From assembly GCA_963695855.1 (NCBI GenBank), contig CAVOHZ010000008.1, forward strand, positions 192,001-256,000: a stretch of 64,000 bases of DNA, written 5' to 3'. Below are positions 1-9,940 of the stretch, piece after piece. Source of the DNA: an uncultured Nitrososphaerales archaeon. GTDB lineage: Archaea; Thermoproteota; Nitrososphaeria; Nitrososphaerales; Nitrososphaeraceae. The position numbers and the translations under genes were made by a program. Position 1 is the stretch's first letter; each line of letters begins with the position of its first letter. Below the pieces are notes generated by a model, which worked only from the letters and a program-made list of their open reading frames with translations, did not search any database and had not been told where the DNA came from.

Positions 1-208
1 AATATTTGTAGGCAGTTTCCGCCCTTTCTTTAGTAATTTTCGCATTGATTATGTCTTTATTATCAGCCTGTGTATTAGCTTCATCAAGCAGTCTGCTAAT
101 CTCGTCCAAGAATTTTTGTCTAACTTCAGCTTCATTGTTTCTTTTAATTTCAGTAATTTTCCGATCCAAATCACTTATCTTTTGTTTAATTCCATCTTCG
201 GTGGACAT
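1..208 (-). CDS. hypothetical helical protein, runs off the window start
   Basis: ATG at 208 on the minus strand, open to base 1: MSTEDGIKQKISDLDRKITEIKRNNEAEVRQKFLDEISRLLDEANTQ...; the + ORF 45..248 is its shadow. Confidence 0.65.
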   Translation of the reverse strand, partial: MSTEDGIKQKISDLDRKITEIKRNNEAEVRQKFLDEISRLLDEANTQADNKDIINAKITKERAETAYKY

Positions 209-311
209 GAGCGTTGTAGTAGCACATACTTATTTAAAGATATTATAAATTAAGTTTATTAGTAATTTATGTATCAGGCTTCGAGAATTCGGATACTAAC
301 CTTCAACACGT

Positions 312-373
312 CATTTTGATATCTTTCAGAAGTTCGCATGCATTTTGATATCTTTCAGAAGTTCGCATGCATT
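312..373. repeat. 29-bp exact tandem duplication
   Basis: CATTTTGATATCTTTCAGAAGTTCGCATG x2. Confidence 0.9.
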
Positions 374-936
374 TCAAATATTCATGAAATTCAATCAGCA
401 AAGTAGCATTTTTTCTGTTAGGTAAGAGCATTTACTTTTTTCAGAATATTCGCTAACTTCGTTGGCATCTTACTGAGGTCTCCTGTTCATTTCTATCTAC
501 TATCTATAGTATATGAGCCCAATTGGTTGACTGGCTCGGAGGTATGTGAATTGTTTTTGACACAATATTTTTGGCCCATATTATAAGATAATAAAACTTG
601 GAATTAGATTCAATCACTTTCTTTCAATACTTAAAATAAAGAAAGGAAATTAATTAATAATTGTACCTAACTAAAAACTTTAACATTTTTTAAATAAATA
701 ATAAGTGGTCACAAGCTATGTTTTTTATAATTTTTAAAAGAGTATACTGTTCTTTGAATCTTTATTCATAGTGAATTACATATTTTTATTTTTAGAGTTA
801 ATTAATAAAATGTTCTAAAAGTAATATTATTAAGTTAATATATCAAATAAAACCAGAATGTATTAGAAAAAATTGACATTTGAATAAATGAAAGATTTTA
901 ATTCAATTCAAAAGAAACTACAAATATTTATAAATG

Positions 937-1239
937 TTATAATTTTTTACACTGTTCGATAACATCTGAAAATGTGATTAGAGGGACTATTTTCAATGCA
1001 TTAAATTTACCTACATTTGTTGCAAAGAATGATTGTATTAAATGAGCATCATTAGCTTCAACGACCCATAAAAAAGTGTGTTCTAAACCTGAGTGATATT
1101 GGTTAATTATTTTTATATTTAGTTTACTTGCTTCCTCAACTATTTTGGGACCATTTTCTAATACAGCTTTTCGAGTTTCAGCGTTATTCAATGGACATGC
1201 TTCTGTAGTATGACTACCGTATATTCCATATAAGCCCAT
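937..1239 (-). CDS. conserved hypothetical protein (GYD/DUF3303-like small ferredoxin-fold)
   Basis: 100-aa ORF with HTTEACP and HTFLWVVEA motifs; TTTATAAA box about 25 bp upstream. Confidence 0.65.
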   Translation of the reverse strand: MGLYGIYGSHTTEACPLNNAETRKAVLENGPKIVEEASKLNIKIINQYHSGLEHTFLWVVEANDAHLIQSFFATNVGKFNALKIVPLITFSDVIEQCKKL

Positions 1240-1509
1240 AGTTATTAATTAGGATTAAAGTTTATAAATGTTGTTTGGTTTGTTTGCATTTATATTAATT
1301 TGACTTCTCTATCTTTTAATTGAATAATAAAATATTGTATTGTACTGTTAAATATAATACAAAAAAATAGATGAACTCAAGAAAAATACTCACCTAATGG
1401 AATGGAATCATTTATGTAGTAGGTTCTTATTAAATCATATTTAGATTTCATTATTACAAACCTTTTTTATTTTATTTTGAATTCGTTATAATATGTTATA
1501 ATTATAAAA

Positions 1510-1600
1510 GGGAGTAACACCGATAGCGGTGCGAAAATAAGAGTCTATTGTAGAGATACTACTATCTTGTATTTAGCTTTTATTATTAGAAACTTATTTT
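1510..1600 (+). repeat. dispersed GGGAGTA element, subfamily II, copy A
   Basis: GGGAGTAACACCGATAGCGGTGCGAAAATAAGAGTCTA matches the reverse complement of 9721-9763; the tail CTTGTATTTAGCTTTTATTATTAGAAA is shared with copies at 2318, 22334 and 28271. Confidence 0.8.
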
Positions 1601-1675
1601 TAAATGAATACCAATGTAGAGTTACTATAAAAATTAATATTATATATTTTGATATATAAAAAAATATTAAATTAA

Positions 1676-1939
1676 TTAGTCATTTTTGATGGTAGTAGCT
1701 TGTAATAATTCGCCCATTTCATTATGCATTTTGAGATAGTTTAGTCCTTTTTCTGTAGTCTTGAATGTTTGAGTCACATCAAGATATTCTATTAGATTGT
1801 TTTCTGTCAAAACAGAAAGATATTCCTTTAATTGTGCATAACTTAGAAAAGCTTTGTACATAATTTTTGTCTTTGTTGCTCTTCCATTTGCAGCGTCCAG
1901 TATATTACCCACTATTTCCGTTCTACTTCTATATTTCAT
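1676..1939 (-). CDS. winged-helix transcription regulator (HTH_45 / ArnR1-like family)
   Basis: MKYRSRTEIV...TKTKIMYKAFLSYAQLKEYL...TTEKG is typical of this archaeal wHTH family. Confidence 0.85.
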   Translation of the reverse strand: MKYRSRTEIVGNILDAANGRATKTKIMYKAFLSYAQLKEYLSVLTENNLIEYLDVTQTFKTTEKGLNYLKMHNEMGELLQATTIKND

Positions 1940-2317
1940 ATTATTATAAGGTTATTTAATTATTTTAGTTTAATATCACAGTCAAAGGTAAGATAATTAT
2001 AGTACAAACATTGTAAATATTATTCGCAAACAAAGAAAATATATAAGAAAAGGTAATGCCTCAGCACTCAATAAAAATCAATAGTAATAGTTGCAGATAA
2101 TGTTTTGATACATGAAAACGAAATGAAAGATTATTTAGATTATGTTAAATTCTGAGAGATACAATAGTTATTACAGCAACAACAAAAACTACTTCAGAAT
2201 TTACTAAAAATGTTAAAGATGTTCTGAAACTCAGTATATTAGTAAATTTGAACTAGCAAGTTGTTTGAATTTTAGTTCTTTTTAACAATAGGGTTCGCCT
2301 GCATTTTCAGCAAGCTG

Positions 2318-2391
2318 GTCGGGAGTAGAATCTTCCATGTAGTAGGGTTCTACTACGTTATATTTAGCTTTTATCATTAGAAATTTATTTT
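2318..2391 (+). repeat. dispersed GGGAGTA hairpin element, subfamily I, copy B
   Basis: GTCGGGAGTAGAATCTTCCATGTAGTAGGGTTCTACTAC plus shared tail; near-identical at 22334 and 28271. Confidence 0.85.
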
Positions 2392-2705
2392 AAAATAGTT
2401 CTATTTTTTTATTTAAAAGATAAAAATAGAATCGGTTAATACAACAGATAATAATCAATTAGTCCCCATCCTCTTCTTGGAATGTATATCTTTATGTTTT
2501 TGTCATCGGTTCTTGGATAAACATTTTTGCACTTAGATTTCTGAAATAATAATAATAATCAAAACTAATCAAGTAAATGCGATCAATATAAAAAAATTGT
2601 TTATGAAAAAGGATAATAACTTTAGTAGCATAAAAAGTACCTGAAATATATACAGAGTAATCCTAAATTAAGTATTTAAATTAAATTTCACTATTTTTTT
2701 AGTGC

Positions 2706-2969
2706 AGATTCACTTTTGACAAGTTTGTAAAATTAAAAAGATGGGACCCCTATAAAGGCTACAAATATGGTCACAGATATTCCAGGATGCTTCCTTCAGG
2801 ATATTATGAAAATCAAGGATGGGGAGCTTTACATAAAACATGGGTAGGATATTCTATTGCTATCAATAAAAGAGAATCTGATAAAGAAATCAAATACGCT
2901 AAAATTATACAGAAACTACAAAAGGAATTAGATTTGCCAATTGAAGAATTTGAATGTTCATGGCAATAA
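2706..2969 (+). pseudogene. 5'-truncated paralog of the 93-aa protein at 33429..33710
   Basis: Frame reads RFTFDKFVKLKRWDPYKGYKYGHRYSRMLPSG...ECSWQ; in-frame TAG at 2700-2702 and the MRSHKY start is missing. Confidence 0.75.
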
Positions 2970-3258
2970 AAGTGCAAATATTACTGATAGCTGAATAGCA
3001 TTAAAATTAACTAATGAACTATCAGATCATTTTCCTTTTAATACTATATCTTTTTCCTTTTTCTGGTCTAAAACATTTTTAATTAATATCTTATAACTCA
3101 TGGATATTAAAGGAAAAATATGTAACCTCAATAAACAATTAAATAGGCAAGACCTAAAAATTTTAAAATGCATGAGGAAGTATATTAGCAAAATCTGCCA
3201 GCCTTTCTAAATCATGAATAACGCTTTTCCAAAAATTAAAGATCAATATCATGGTATT
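2707..3258 (+). repeat. 552-bp segment, inverted copy of 33139-33691
   Basis: Direct comparison: the non-coding part is near-identical to the reverse complement of 33139-33430 and the coding part is homologous to ORF 33429..33710. Confidence 0.92.
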
Positions 3259-3470
3259 TGTAATCAATTAAAGAGCTTATAGAAGAAATATCTAAGGTTA
3301 TATAGAAAGAACATTATCTGCGATTATAATATTTCAAGATTCTAAATTACTGACTATAAAAAAGATAGAAAATGATGTTTAGGTAGAAAGAGAAATCCTA
3401 GCACTACAGCAACCGACACATGTCTATGAAGAAAGACCCAAGATAAGAAATAATATCAGCATGACTAGCA

Positions 3471-3493
3471 TGGAGGGGATGGGATTTGAACCC
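3471..3493 (-). other. 3' fragment of a tRNA (Ala-like), probable att site
   Basis: Minus strand GGGTTCAAATCCCATCCCCTCCA = T-loop, 3' T-stem, acceptor strand CCCCUCC (U70) and discriminator A; the rest of the tRNA is absent. Confidence 0.7.
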
Positions 3494-3569
3494 GTTACGT
3501 GCATTCCCTGGTTTGTGCAGTTAATACTAAAGAAACAGATAGAAACTAAAATTGAAGAATTATAGATAT

Positions 3570-3728
3570 TTAATCTTCAAAGAAAGGTCTATGTTGAACA
3601 TCGAAACCTGGAGAGATATTTGCAAATTGCATTATTGTGATCATTTTGCATATTTTGTCCTGTAACTCTGAATGTTCAATGAATTTCTTTTTACAAATAG
3701 GACATTTAGTTTCTTTTCCTACATTCAT
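3570..3728 (-). CDS. 52-aa putative zinc-binding microprotein
   Basis: Hand-translated MNVGKETKCPICKKKFIEHSELQDKICKMITIMQFANISPGFDVQHRPFFED*; CxxC-x6-H-x7-C; below the ORF-track cutoff. Confidence 0.65.
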   Translation of the reverse strand: MNVGKETKCPICKKKFIEHSELQDKICKMITIMQFANISPGFDVQHRPFFED

Positions 3729-3986
3729 AATGTTACTATCGCTCATTACATTGTTGAATACGAATTTAATATATCTATGGTTAGAAGGAACATTATCTGA
3801 TCTTGTAATATTTCAAGATTCTGAATTATTGACTATAAGAAGAATAGAAAATTATGTTAGAGTAGAAAAATGAAATTGTCGTAGTACCAATATCGGTAGA
3901 GAAATAGATTAATTAATTGACATTTACTAATTGTTCCTAATATATGAGATTACTAAAGCTATGCTCGAAAATCAACTCCAGAACTC

Positions 3987-4137
3987 AAAAAATAGAAGGT
4001 TGATATAGTTGAAATTGCTAGATGGATATCACTCAAATAAAAAATAGAAGGTTGATATAGTTGAAATTGCTAGATTGATATCACTCAAATAAAAAATAGA
4101 AGGTTGATATAGTTGAAATTGCTAGATTGATATCACT
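3987..4137. repeat. 52-bp tandem repeat x3
   Basis: Unit CAAATAAAAAATAGAAGGTTGATATAGTTGAAATTGCTAGATTGATATCACT, period 52, no spacers. Confidence 0.92.
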
Positions 4138-4198
4138 ATGGATTTATTATGCAAAATGTGACTGTATTTATAAATATAATATTTGACTTTATTAATCA

Positions 4199-5050
4199 AT
4201 GAATAAAAACGTATCAATTATTCTAGCAGGACTTTTCAGCATCAGCTTGTTGATTCCTGGAGGCATCTTCAGTATAGCCTATGGAACGCAATCCGAATAT
4301 AGTGACAGGTATGGATATGAGAAAGAGGACTACAAGAAATATAGTGACAGGTATGACGACAAAAAGAAAGAAGAATTAATAATCAAGAAGAAAATCATTC
4401 TCTGTGAAGATACAGAACCAGATCCAAATAGTGTAGGTGTAATTCAAAATAACGAAGATTTTCACTTCTGTATAGATCCGACGCAGTTCCGAGAGACTGA
4501 AAATGAGCAAATCGTCAGAGACTTTAACGTTGGTTTAGAAGAAGACTTCAATCTTGTAAACTGTAAGTATCAACCAGATGTATGTGAAGAACAGGGAATA
4601 AAATACTCTGACTTTCAGATAGATGTAATTCCAAGTATTCCTGGAAGTAAATTCCCAACTAAATTCGACATAGACAAAACTGCATTTAGAGTAACCGAAG
4701 AATTCAAACTTGAAGGGCTTGGAGATATTGGATGTTTCTTCATTGCTAGAGACAACTTTAAAACCGACTTAGACAAAGGTGGTTTTATTGAAACTCAATT
4801 AGACAAAGCCTTATTCGTGTGTGCTTCCTTTGAAGGAGACTGCAATGTTAACGAGGACGACAGCATAGGTAGAGACTTCGCAATGTCATATGGTGACAAT
4901 AGTTATGATTATGAATACAAGACATGTACAGTCACAAACTATGTCATTGCTTCATTCGATCTATCTGATCCTGGTGTTACCGGACAAATGACAGACCTCT
5001 TGAATTCCCAGGTTTATGATTCACCAACAGCAAGCGCAGCCCAAAGTTAA
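4199..5050 (+). CDS. secreted Cys-containing acidic hypothetical protein
   Basis: Hydrophobic signal peptide, then a Tyr/Asp/Lys-rich linker (YSDRY x2) and several Cys. Confidence 0.8.
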   Translation: MNKNVSIILAGLFSISLLIPGGIFSIAYGTQSEYSDRYGYEKEDYKKYSDRYDDKKKEELIIKKKIILCEDTEPDPNSVGVIQNNEDFHFCIDPTQFRETENEQIVRDFNVGLEEDFNLVNCKYQPDVCEEQGIKYSDFQIDVIPSIPGSKFPTKFDIDKTAFRVTEEFKLEGLGDIGCFFIARDNFKTDLDKGGFIETQLDKALFVCASFEGDCNVNEDDSIGRDFAMSYGDNSYDYEYKTCTVTNYVIASFDLSDPGVTGQMTDLLNSQVYDSPTASAAQS

Positions 5051-5394
5051 AACACCAATATAGCAGGATGAGCAGGTAATACCGAACTCATCCAACAAAC
5101 AACCCTTATTTTTATTTTGGTATTTGATATATTTTCAAAATAGACTTTATAAAAATCTAGTTTAATTCAATATAAAATTCATCCTCATTTACCTGAAATT
5201 ATTTTGATTTGTTGTTGTATCTTTTGACAGAAACAAAGAATTGAATCAATACATGTAATTCATTTCGGATTCATGCGTACTCGTGGGACCAAACTTTAAA
5301 AAAATTGAAAAAGAAATACATTGAAAATCATCTACCAGTTCCATATGAAATGATAGTTAGTTAATTGACTAATAAATTGGATAAATGAAAAATG

Positions 5395-6112
5395 GGCTCT
5401 GTTAATTTAAGATAATATTCACCTCCTTTAACTGAAAATATAAGTATTATTTGCTATTCTATCATTATATATAGATACAAAGAATTGTATCCAATTATAA
5501 ACATGAAATAAATTACATTCCATTTGTCTGCATAGATAATAGTCATCAAAAGATTAAGTTCTATCTTTCAAATACTGGTTGACTCTTTCCATCAAACTTT
5601 TCTGAAATGGTGAGTGTAAATAGTGTTTTAATCCAATTATGTTACATGCTTCCTCATACCATCTACCTCCATTATCTGTATACACGGCATGTTTTCCATA
5701 GTTTGATACAAGAGATAGAATGAATTTTTCAGCAACAAGCATGTTTCTCTCTTCTGAGATATAGATTCCAAGCATGGAACTGTGGACCGGTTCAATACAA
5801 AACCATAGCCAGAAATGCTGGTTACCAATCTGAATAACTGTTTCATCAATAATAAAAGTAGATGCTCGTTTCCTTTTGTAAATTTGAGATGAGCCAAACC
5901 TTTGTATCCAATTCCATACAGACACGTAAGTTCTTTTCCTATCTTTAAAGAGTATTAACGCTTTAGATGTATTTCTTAGACTGAGACCAAGAAAATACAG
6001 ATACAAAGAATACATTACTATAAAATGGGGTGTCTTATTTCTTTCAAATTTGATTTTCATATTATAAATAGAATGTTCTTAGCTATAGCTTTTACTACTT
6101 AAATTAAGAACC
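5395..6112 (-). mobile_element. IS6-family element with interrupted transposase
   Basis: Ends GGCTCTGTTAATTTAAG / CTTAAATTAAGAACC; no target duplication visible. Confidence 0.85.
5554..6060 (-). pseudogene. IS6-family DDE transposase, premature stop after YLKDRT
   Basis: IIDET, YTD and [11 protein letters not shown] motifs; homologous coding sequence continues past the stop towards 5410. Confidence 0.85.
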
Positions 6113-6146
6113 ATAGAAAAATACTATATTCGTAAAAGAGATGTAA

Positions 6147-6403
6147 GTTTCAATCCTTGTTATGATGGATTTTGTTTTTTGACACTGGATATACCATTGT
6201 TAAAGTAAACTCCATTATCATGGTTTCAATCCTTGTTATGATGGATTTTGTTTTTTGACACCAGCAATGTTCAAATATGATGAAGATTTTGCAGAGTTTC
6301 AATCCTTGTTATGATGGATTTTGTTTTTTGACTATCTTCAAAAATAGAACATTAAAGTATGTAAAAGTTTCAATCCTTGTTATGATGGATTTTGTTTTTT
6401 GAC
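6147..6403 (-). CRISPR. CRISPR array, 4 identical 37-bp repeats and 3 spacers (39, 36, 34 bp)
   Basis: GTTTCAATCCTTGTTATGATGGATTTTGTTTTTTGAC at 6147, 6223, 6296 and 6367; the reverse complement ends in ATTGAAAC, so it is probably transcribed on the minus strand. Confidence 0.96.
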
Positions 6404-6560
6404 ACCAATTTATTTTTTTCATCTTTCTATTATATTTAGGATCTATCTATCTAAAAGATGCATTATGACTCTAGTAATGACTGTACGCCAAATCCATCTT
6501 ATAAGAGGATAGAGTATAGATCAGACAGGTAGTCAATAAGGATCGTATTCAGTATTTGAA
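6404..6560 (-). promoter_or_regulatory. probable CRISPR leader
   Basis: Non-coding, AT-rich sequence on the inferred 5' side of the array. Confidence 0.45.
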
Positions 6561-6567
6561 ATAACTT

Positions 6568-8055
6568 TTATTGCTTACTTAACTGAGCTGTCATAGGTAT
6601 CGTAAAATTAAAATTTGCACCTTTCTTCTTATTGTTCTCAGCCCATATTTTTCCCCCATGTTTTTCGATAATATTTTTGCAAATGTACAGACCTAGACCA
6701 GTTCCTGATTTTGAGCCTGTTACAAATTTAGTAAAGAGTTTATCCTTTATATTTGATGGAATGCCTGGGCCGTTATCTATTATTCTTACCAATACAGTAT
6801 TGTTGTCTTGTCTTTCTAAAAATACAATAATTTCTCCTTCTTGTACAATATTTATAGCATTATTGATAATGTTTAAAAAAACTTGGTTGAAACGCAATTT
6901 ATCTGCAACTAGCAAAATTGAATCTTCTTTGTATTTTAAAATTAAACTAATCTTTTTATTTCGAATTTGGTTTTTCAGATCTTTTAGTAAATCTTTTACT
7001 AACTCTACAAGATCAAATTCTTCCATATTAAGATTTAAAAGTTGACTGTCAATACGGGCAGTCTCCAATATATTATCTGTAAGTAACTCAATTTTTTTAG
7101 TATTCTTTCTAATTATTTTGACTAAATCCTCTATATGAGGAACATCAAGGTTCTTGTTAGAAAGCATAATTTCTGTGAGGCCTAAAATAGACTGGATTGG
7201 ATTTCGAATCTCGTGTGCTGTTTCTTTAATAAATTGTATTTGTAATTCATTTGTTTTTTTTAATTGCTCATAAAGATCTTCCGCCTTTTCATAAAGGTCT
7301 GACTGTTCCCACAAGTACTCAAACAGAGAAATATAATATAATACCGTTGACTTACTATTAGAGAAGGTTGAGAGCCCTATAGATTCAGCAGGAATTTCTG
7401 TATAATCGTTTACTAGTTCCGCGGCCATAGAGAATTTCCTGTCTACTATCAAAAATGTGACCGTTAAATAGAGTGCTTCTGGTAAATACTTAATATGTAC
7501 TCCTTGAGTCTTTAATCTGTTGACTGGATCAACAATCTTTTTATCAAAAGGAGTTAGAATTCTAAATTTTATGTTACCTTTGGTAGTGTCTTGCAATCTT
7601 TGCAAAGTAAGAAAACTGTCTCCCAATACCATTCTCCTATAAAACCCGTTTGCTGAAGAAAAAAGTAATAATTCTTCATCCTCTGCAGATTGAACAAGAT
7701 TAATAGCAGTTCTTATTGCTTCTTCAGGGTTGTTGATTACTTTGAGCCATGGTTTACTGGATTTATTATTAGTTTTTATTTCTTGAATTTCTTTTGAAGT
7801 TGGAATGGCTTTATCCCAGAAAGTATCAAAAACAAATTGTTTATTTCCAATAAAATTTTTAATATTTTTACCATAAAAGTCCTCCAATCTCTTGTACACG
7901 TTAAAACATTTATGAGTATGAAAAAAGTATAGAGAACCATCTATTACTTCTTGAATGATTTCCTCATCGTTTTCAGTAAGCAGGGGTTCTTTACACAAGA
8001 AACATTTTAATTCAGTTTCTTTGTTGGAATTGGAGAAGTCTATATTTTCATTCAT
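6568..8055 (-). CDS. cytoplasmic sensor histidine kinase with an N-terminal TRASH/YHS-like domain
   Basis: AHEIRNP H-box, NIINNA N-box, DNGPGI and GTGLGL; N-terminal CxxC...YFFHTHKC. Confidence 0.92.
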   Translation of the reverse strand: MNENIDFSNSNKETELKCFLCKEPLLTENDEEIIQEVIDGSLYFFHTHKCFNVYKRLEDFYGKNIKNFIGNKQFVFDTFWDKAIPTSKEIQEIKTNNKSSKPWLKVINNPEEAIRTAINLVQSAEDEELLLFSSANGFYRRMVLGDSFLTLQRLQDTTKGNIKFRILTPFDKKIVDPVNRLKTQGVHIKYLPEALYLTVTFLIVDRKFSMAAELVNDYTEIPAESIGLSTFSNSKSTVLYYISLFEYLWEQSDLYEKAEDLYEQLKKTNELQIQFIKETAHEIRNPIQSILGLTEIMLSNKNLDVPHIEDLVKIIRKNTKKIELLTDNILETARIDSQLLNLNMEEFDLVELVKDLLKDLKNQIRNKKISLILKYKEDSILLVADKLRFNQVFLNIINNAINIVQEGEIIVFLERQDNNTVLVRIIDNGPGIPSNIKDKLFTKFVTGSKSGTGLGLYICKNIIEKHGGKIWAENNKKKGANFNFTIPMTAQLSKQ

Positions 8056-8516
8056 TTTTTTCTAGGCCGGCACGATTATGGGAATATTATGATCTCTATG
8101 AGTTTTAAACTATTCGAACATTCAGAATGTTTACAAGAATTATTTATTGCTTAAAAAGAAGGATCATTTAGACAGAATTTTTATATTTTAAAATTATTAT
8201 TTTGCGACGCCGAAAAATTTTAGTCTTATATAAATGTTATATTTAATACTAATAAATAAAATTTATAAAAAACATTATTTTCTTAACGTATGTCAATTAA
8301 ATTTGTAAAATTGTTTACAAATATAATATAATTATATCAATCATTATTCTACATCTATTATAATAGTATTGAAATATTAGTTCACCAAATAACTTTTATA
8401 AAATGAACCTATCTTAATCTTTTAAGAAGGGAAAAAAAATGAATTTATCAAATCTATTTGATTATGTTAATAATAAATTTCCATTTTTAATTAATATTTC
8501 TGGAGAAGACTGTTAA

Positions 8517-9644
8517 ATGAAAAATTTTACTCCAAAAGAAATAAGATTTTCGGGTAATTCAATAAAGTGTTGTATAGTTTTTATCGACTTGGTAGATTCG
8601 ACTAAAAATACTATTACAATGGACAATTTAGAATATATTAAAATCTATTATTCTAAATTTATAAATTCAGTATCAAAAATACTTAAAAGTTATGGTGGTA
8701 AAGTTATTAAGAATATTGGGGATAGTCTCTTAGTATACTTTCCAAAAACATCCGATAGTAAAAACGAACAAGCTTTTAGAGAGGCTATTGAATGTGGTTT
8801 GAAAATCCTAGATTCCCGCTATGCTGTTAATCAAGAATTGTCAAAGCAGTATCTTCCCCCATTTAGCTATAGAATTAGTATGGATTACGGTGTACTAAAT
8901 ATAGCTTTAGTTGGTGAGTATAGCCAGATAGATTTATTTGGTTCAACTATAAATCTTTGTTCAAAGATAAACTCTTCTTCTTTGTCTATTCCTAATAAGA
9001 TAATTATTGGAGACAATTGTTATAGGATATTAAAATCTTTTTCTAATATTAATAACAATTATAATTTTATTAATAATGGTGAATGTAAGATAACCGAAAC
9101 TTTTGGATACTCTACATATAGTATAAAAAAAGTTAACATATCATCGTCACTTAATGATAGTAGTATTAGAAACTTTCTTAGGAAGAAAATGAAGGTAGGT
9201 TCTTCTACGGCTAAGGATTTTATAGAAACTAAAAGTAAAAAAGATTTATTTTTTCATAAACAAAAAAACAATAAAAAAAATAGAATAATTTTAGTAGATG
9301 ATGATGAGGATCTACTTCTTATCTATGACTCATTTTTAAAGGATAATGGTTATGAAATAATTTCTTTTACAGACCCCGCCGAGGCACTGAATTATATTCG
9401 AGAAATTCCTAATTTTGATGATTTATTAGTAATACTTGATATCAGAATGAAAAATATGAATGGAATTCAATTACATCAACAAATAAAAGCTATAGATCCA
9501 ACAATTAAGATTCTTTTTGTAACCGCTTTAGATATATTAGACGAATTATTAAGTATAGTTCCTGGAATATCAAAAGACCAAATTATGAGAAAGCCAGTTG
9601 ATAAAGAGCTATTTGGAAATACTGTAAAAAAAATGTTGAAGTAA
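8517..9644 (+). CDS. class III nucleotidyl cyclase fused to a C-terminal receiver domain
   Basis: FIDLVDST, KNIGD and DLFGSTINLCSK; REC domain with VDDD, LDIRM, VTA and KP. Confidence 0.9.
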   Translation: MKNFTPKEIRFSGNSIKCCIVFIDLVDSTKNTITMDNLEYIKIYYSKFINSVSKILKSYGGKVIKNIGDSLLVYFPKTSDSKNEQAFREAIECGLKILDSRYAVNQELSKQYLPPFSYRISMDYGVLNIALVGEYSQIDLFGSTINLCSKINSSSLSIPNKIIIGDNCYRILKSFSNINNNYNFINNGECKITETFGYSTYSIKKVNISSSLNDSSIRNFLRKKMKVGSSTAKDFIETKSKKDLFFHKQKNNKKNRIILVDDDEDLLLIYDSFLKDNGYEIISFTDPAEALNYIREIPNFDDLLVILDIRMKNMNGIQLHQQIKAIDPTIKILFVTALDILDELLSIVPGISKDQIMRKPVDKELFGNTVKKMLK

Positions 9645-9720
9645 TAAAAAAATTATATTTTATTATTATCATTATTGTGCTATTCAGTTAATATAAATAT
9701 TATCTCTTTATTACTATAAC

Positions 9721-9763
9721 ATTAGACTCTTATTTTTGCACAGCTATCGGTATTACTCCCGAC
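9721..9763 (-). repeat. dispersed GGGAGTA element, subfamily II, copy C (partial)
   Basis: Reverse complement GTCGGGAGTAATACCGATAGCTGTGCAAAAATAAGAGTCTAAT matches 1510-1549. Confidence 0.8.
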
Positions 9764-9940
9764 GTAGGAAGACAATTTATTCTCAATGTTGAAAGGAGAA
9801 TATTCAAAAACCGATTTTAACTAAAAAAATAGATACAAAAAATAATGAATCTATATATAGAAAATTAGAAAACTGGTTTGATAATGAAAAATATCATTAC
9901 ATTCCTCTTACCACTTTATCTGAAGTTTTTTATTTAGAGC

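Larger units (their letters stand above)
3289..3870. repeat. diverged direct repeat pair of about 100 bp (3289-3390 and 3770-3870)
   Basis: Both contain GAACATTATCTG...TAATATTTCAAGATTCT(A/G)AATTA(C/T)TGACTATAA...ATAGAAAAT...GTAGAAA. Confidence 0.75.

Noticed and set aside
1510-1560. Hammerhead ribozyme (CGAAA after a hairpin)
   Set aside because: No CUGANGA core
2760-2890. Diversity-generating retroelement TR/VR pair with 33500-33640
   Set aside because: The differences are not adenine-specific, many are synonymous, and there is no reverse transcriptase in the window
3987-4137. 52-bp repeats containing GTTGAAAT as a second CRISPR array
   Set aside because: The units are contiguous and essentially identical, with no unique spacers
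6333-6366. Spacer 3 targeting the IS6 transposase (TTCAAAAATAGAACA resembles the FKDRT coding region)
   Set aside because: Only short AT-rich partial matches to the in-window copies; no convincing protospacer for any spacer was seen by eye
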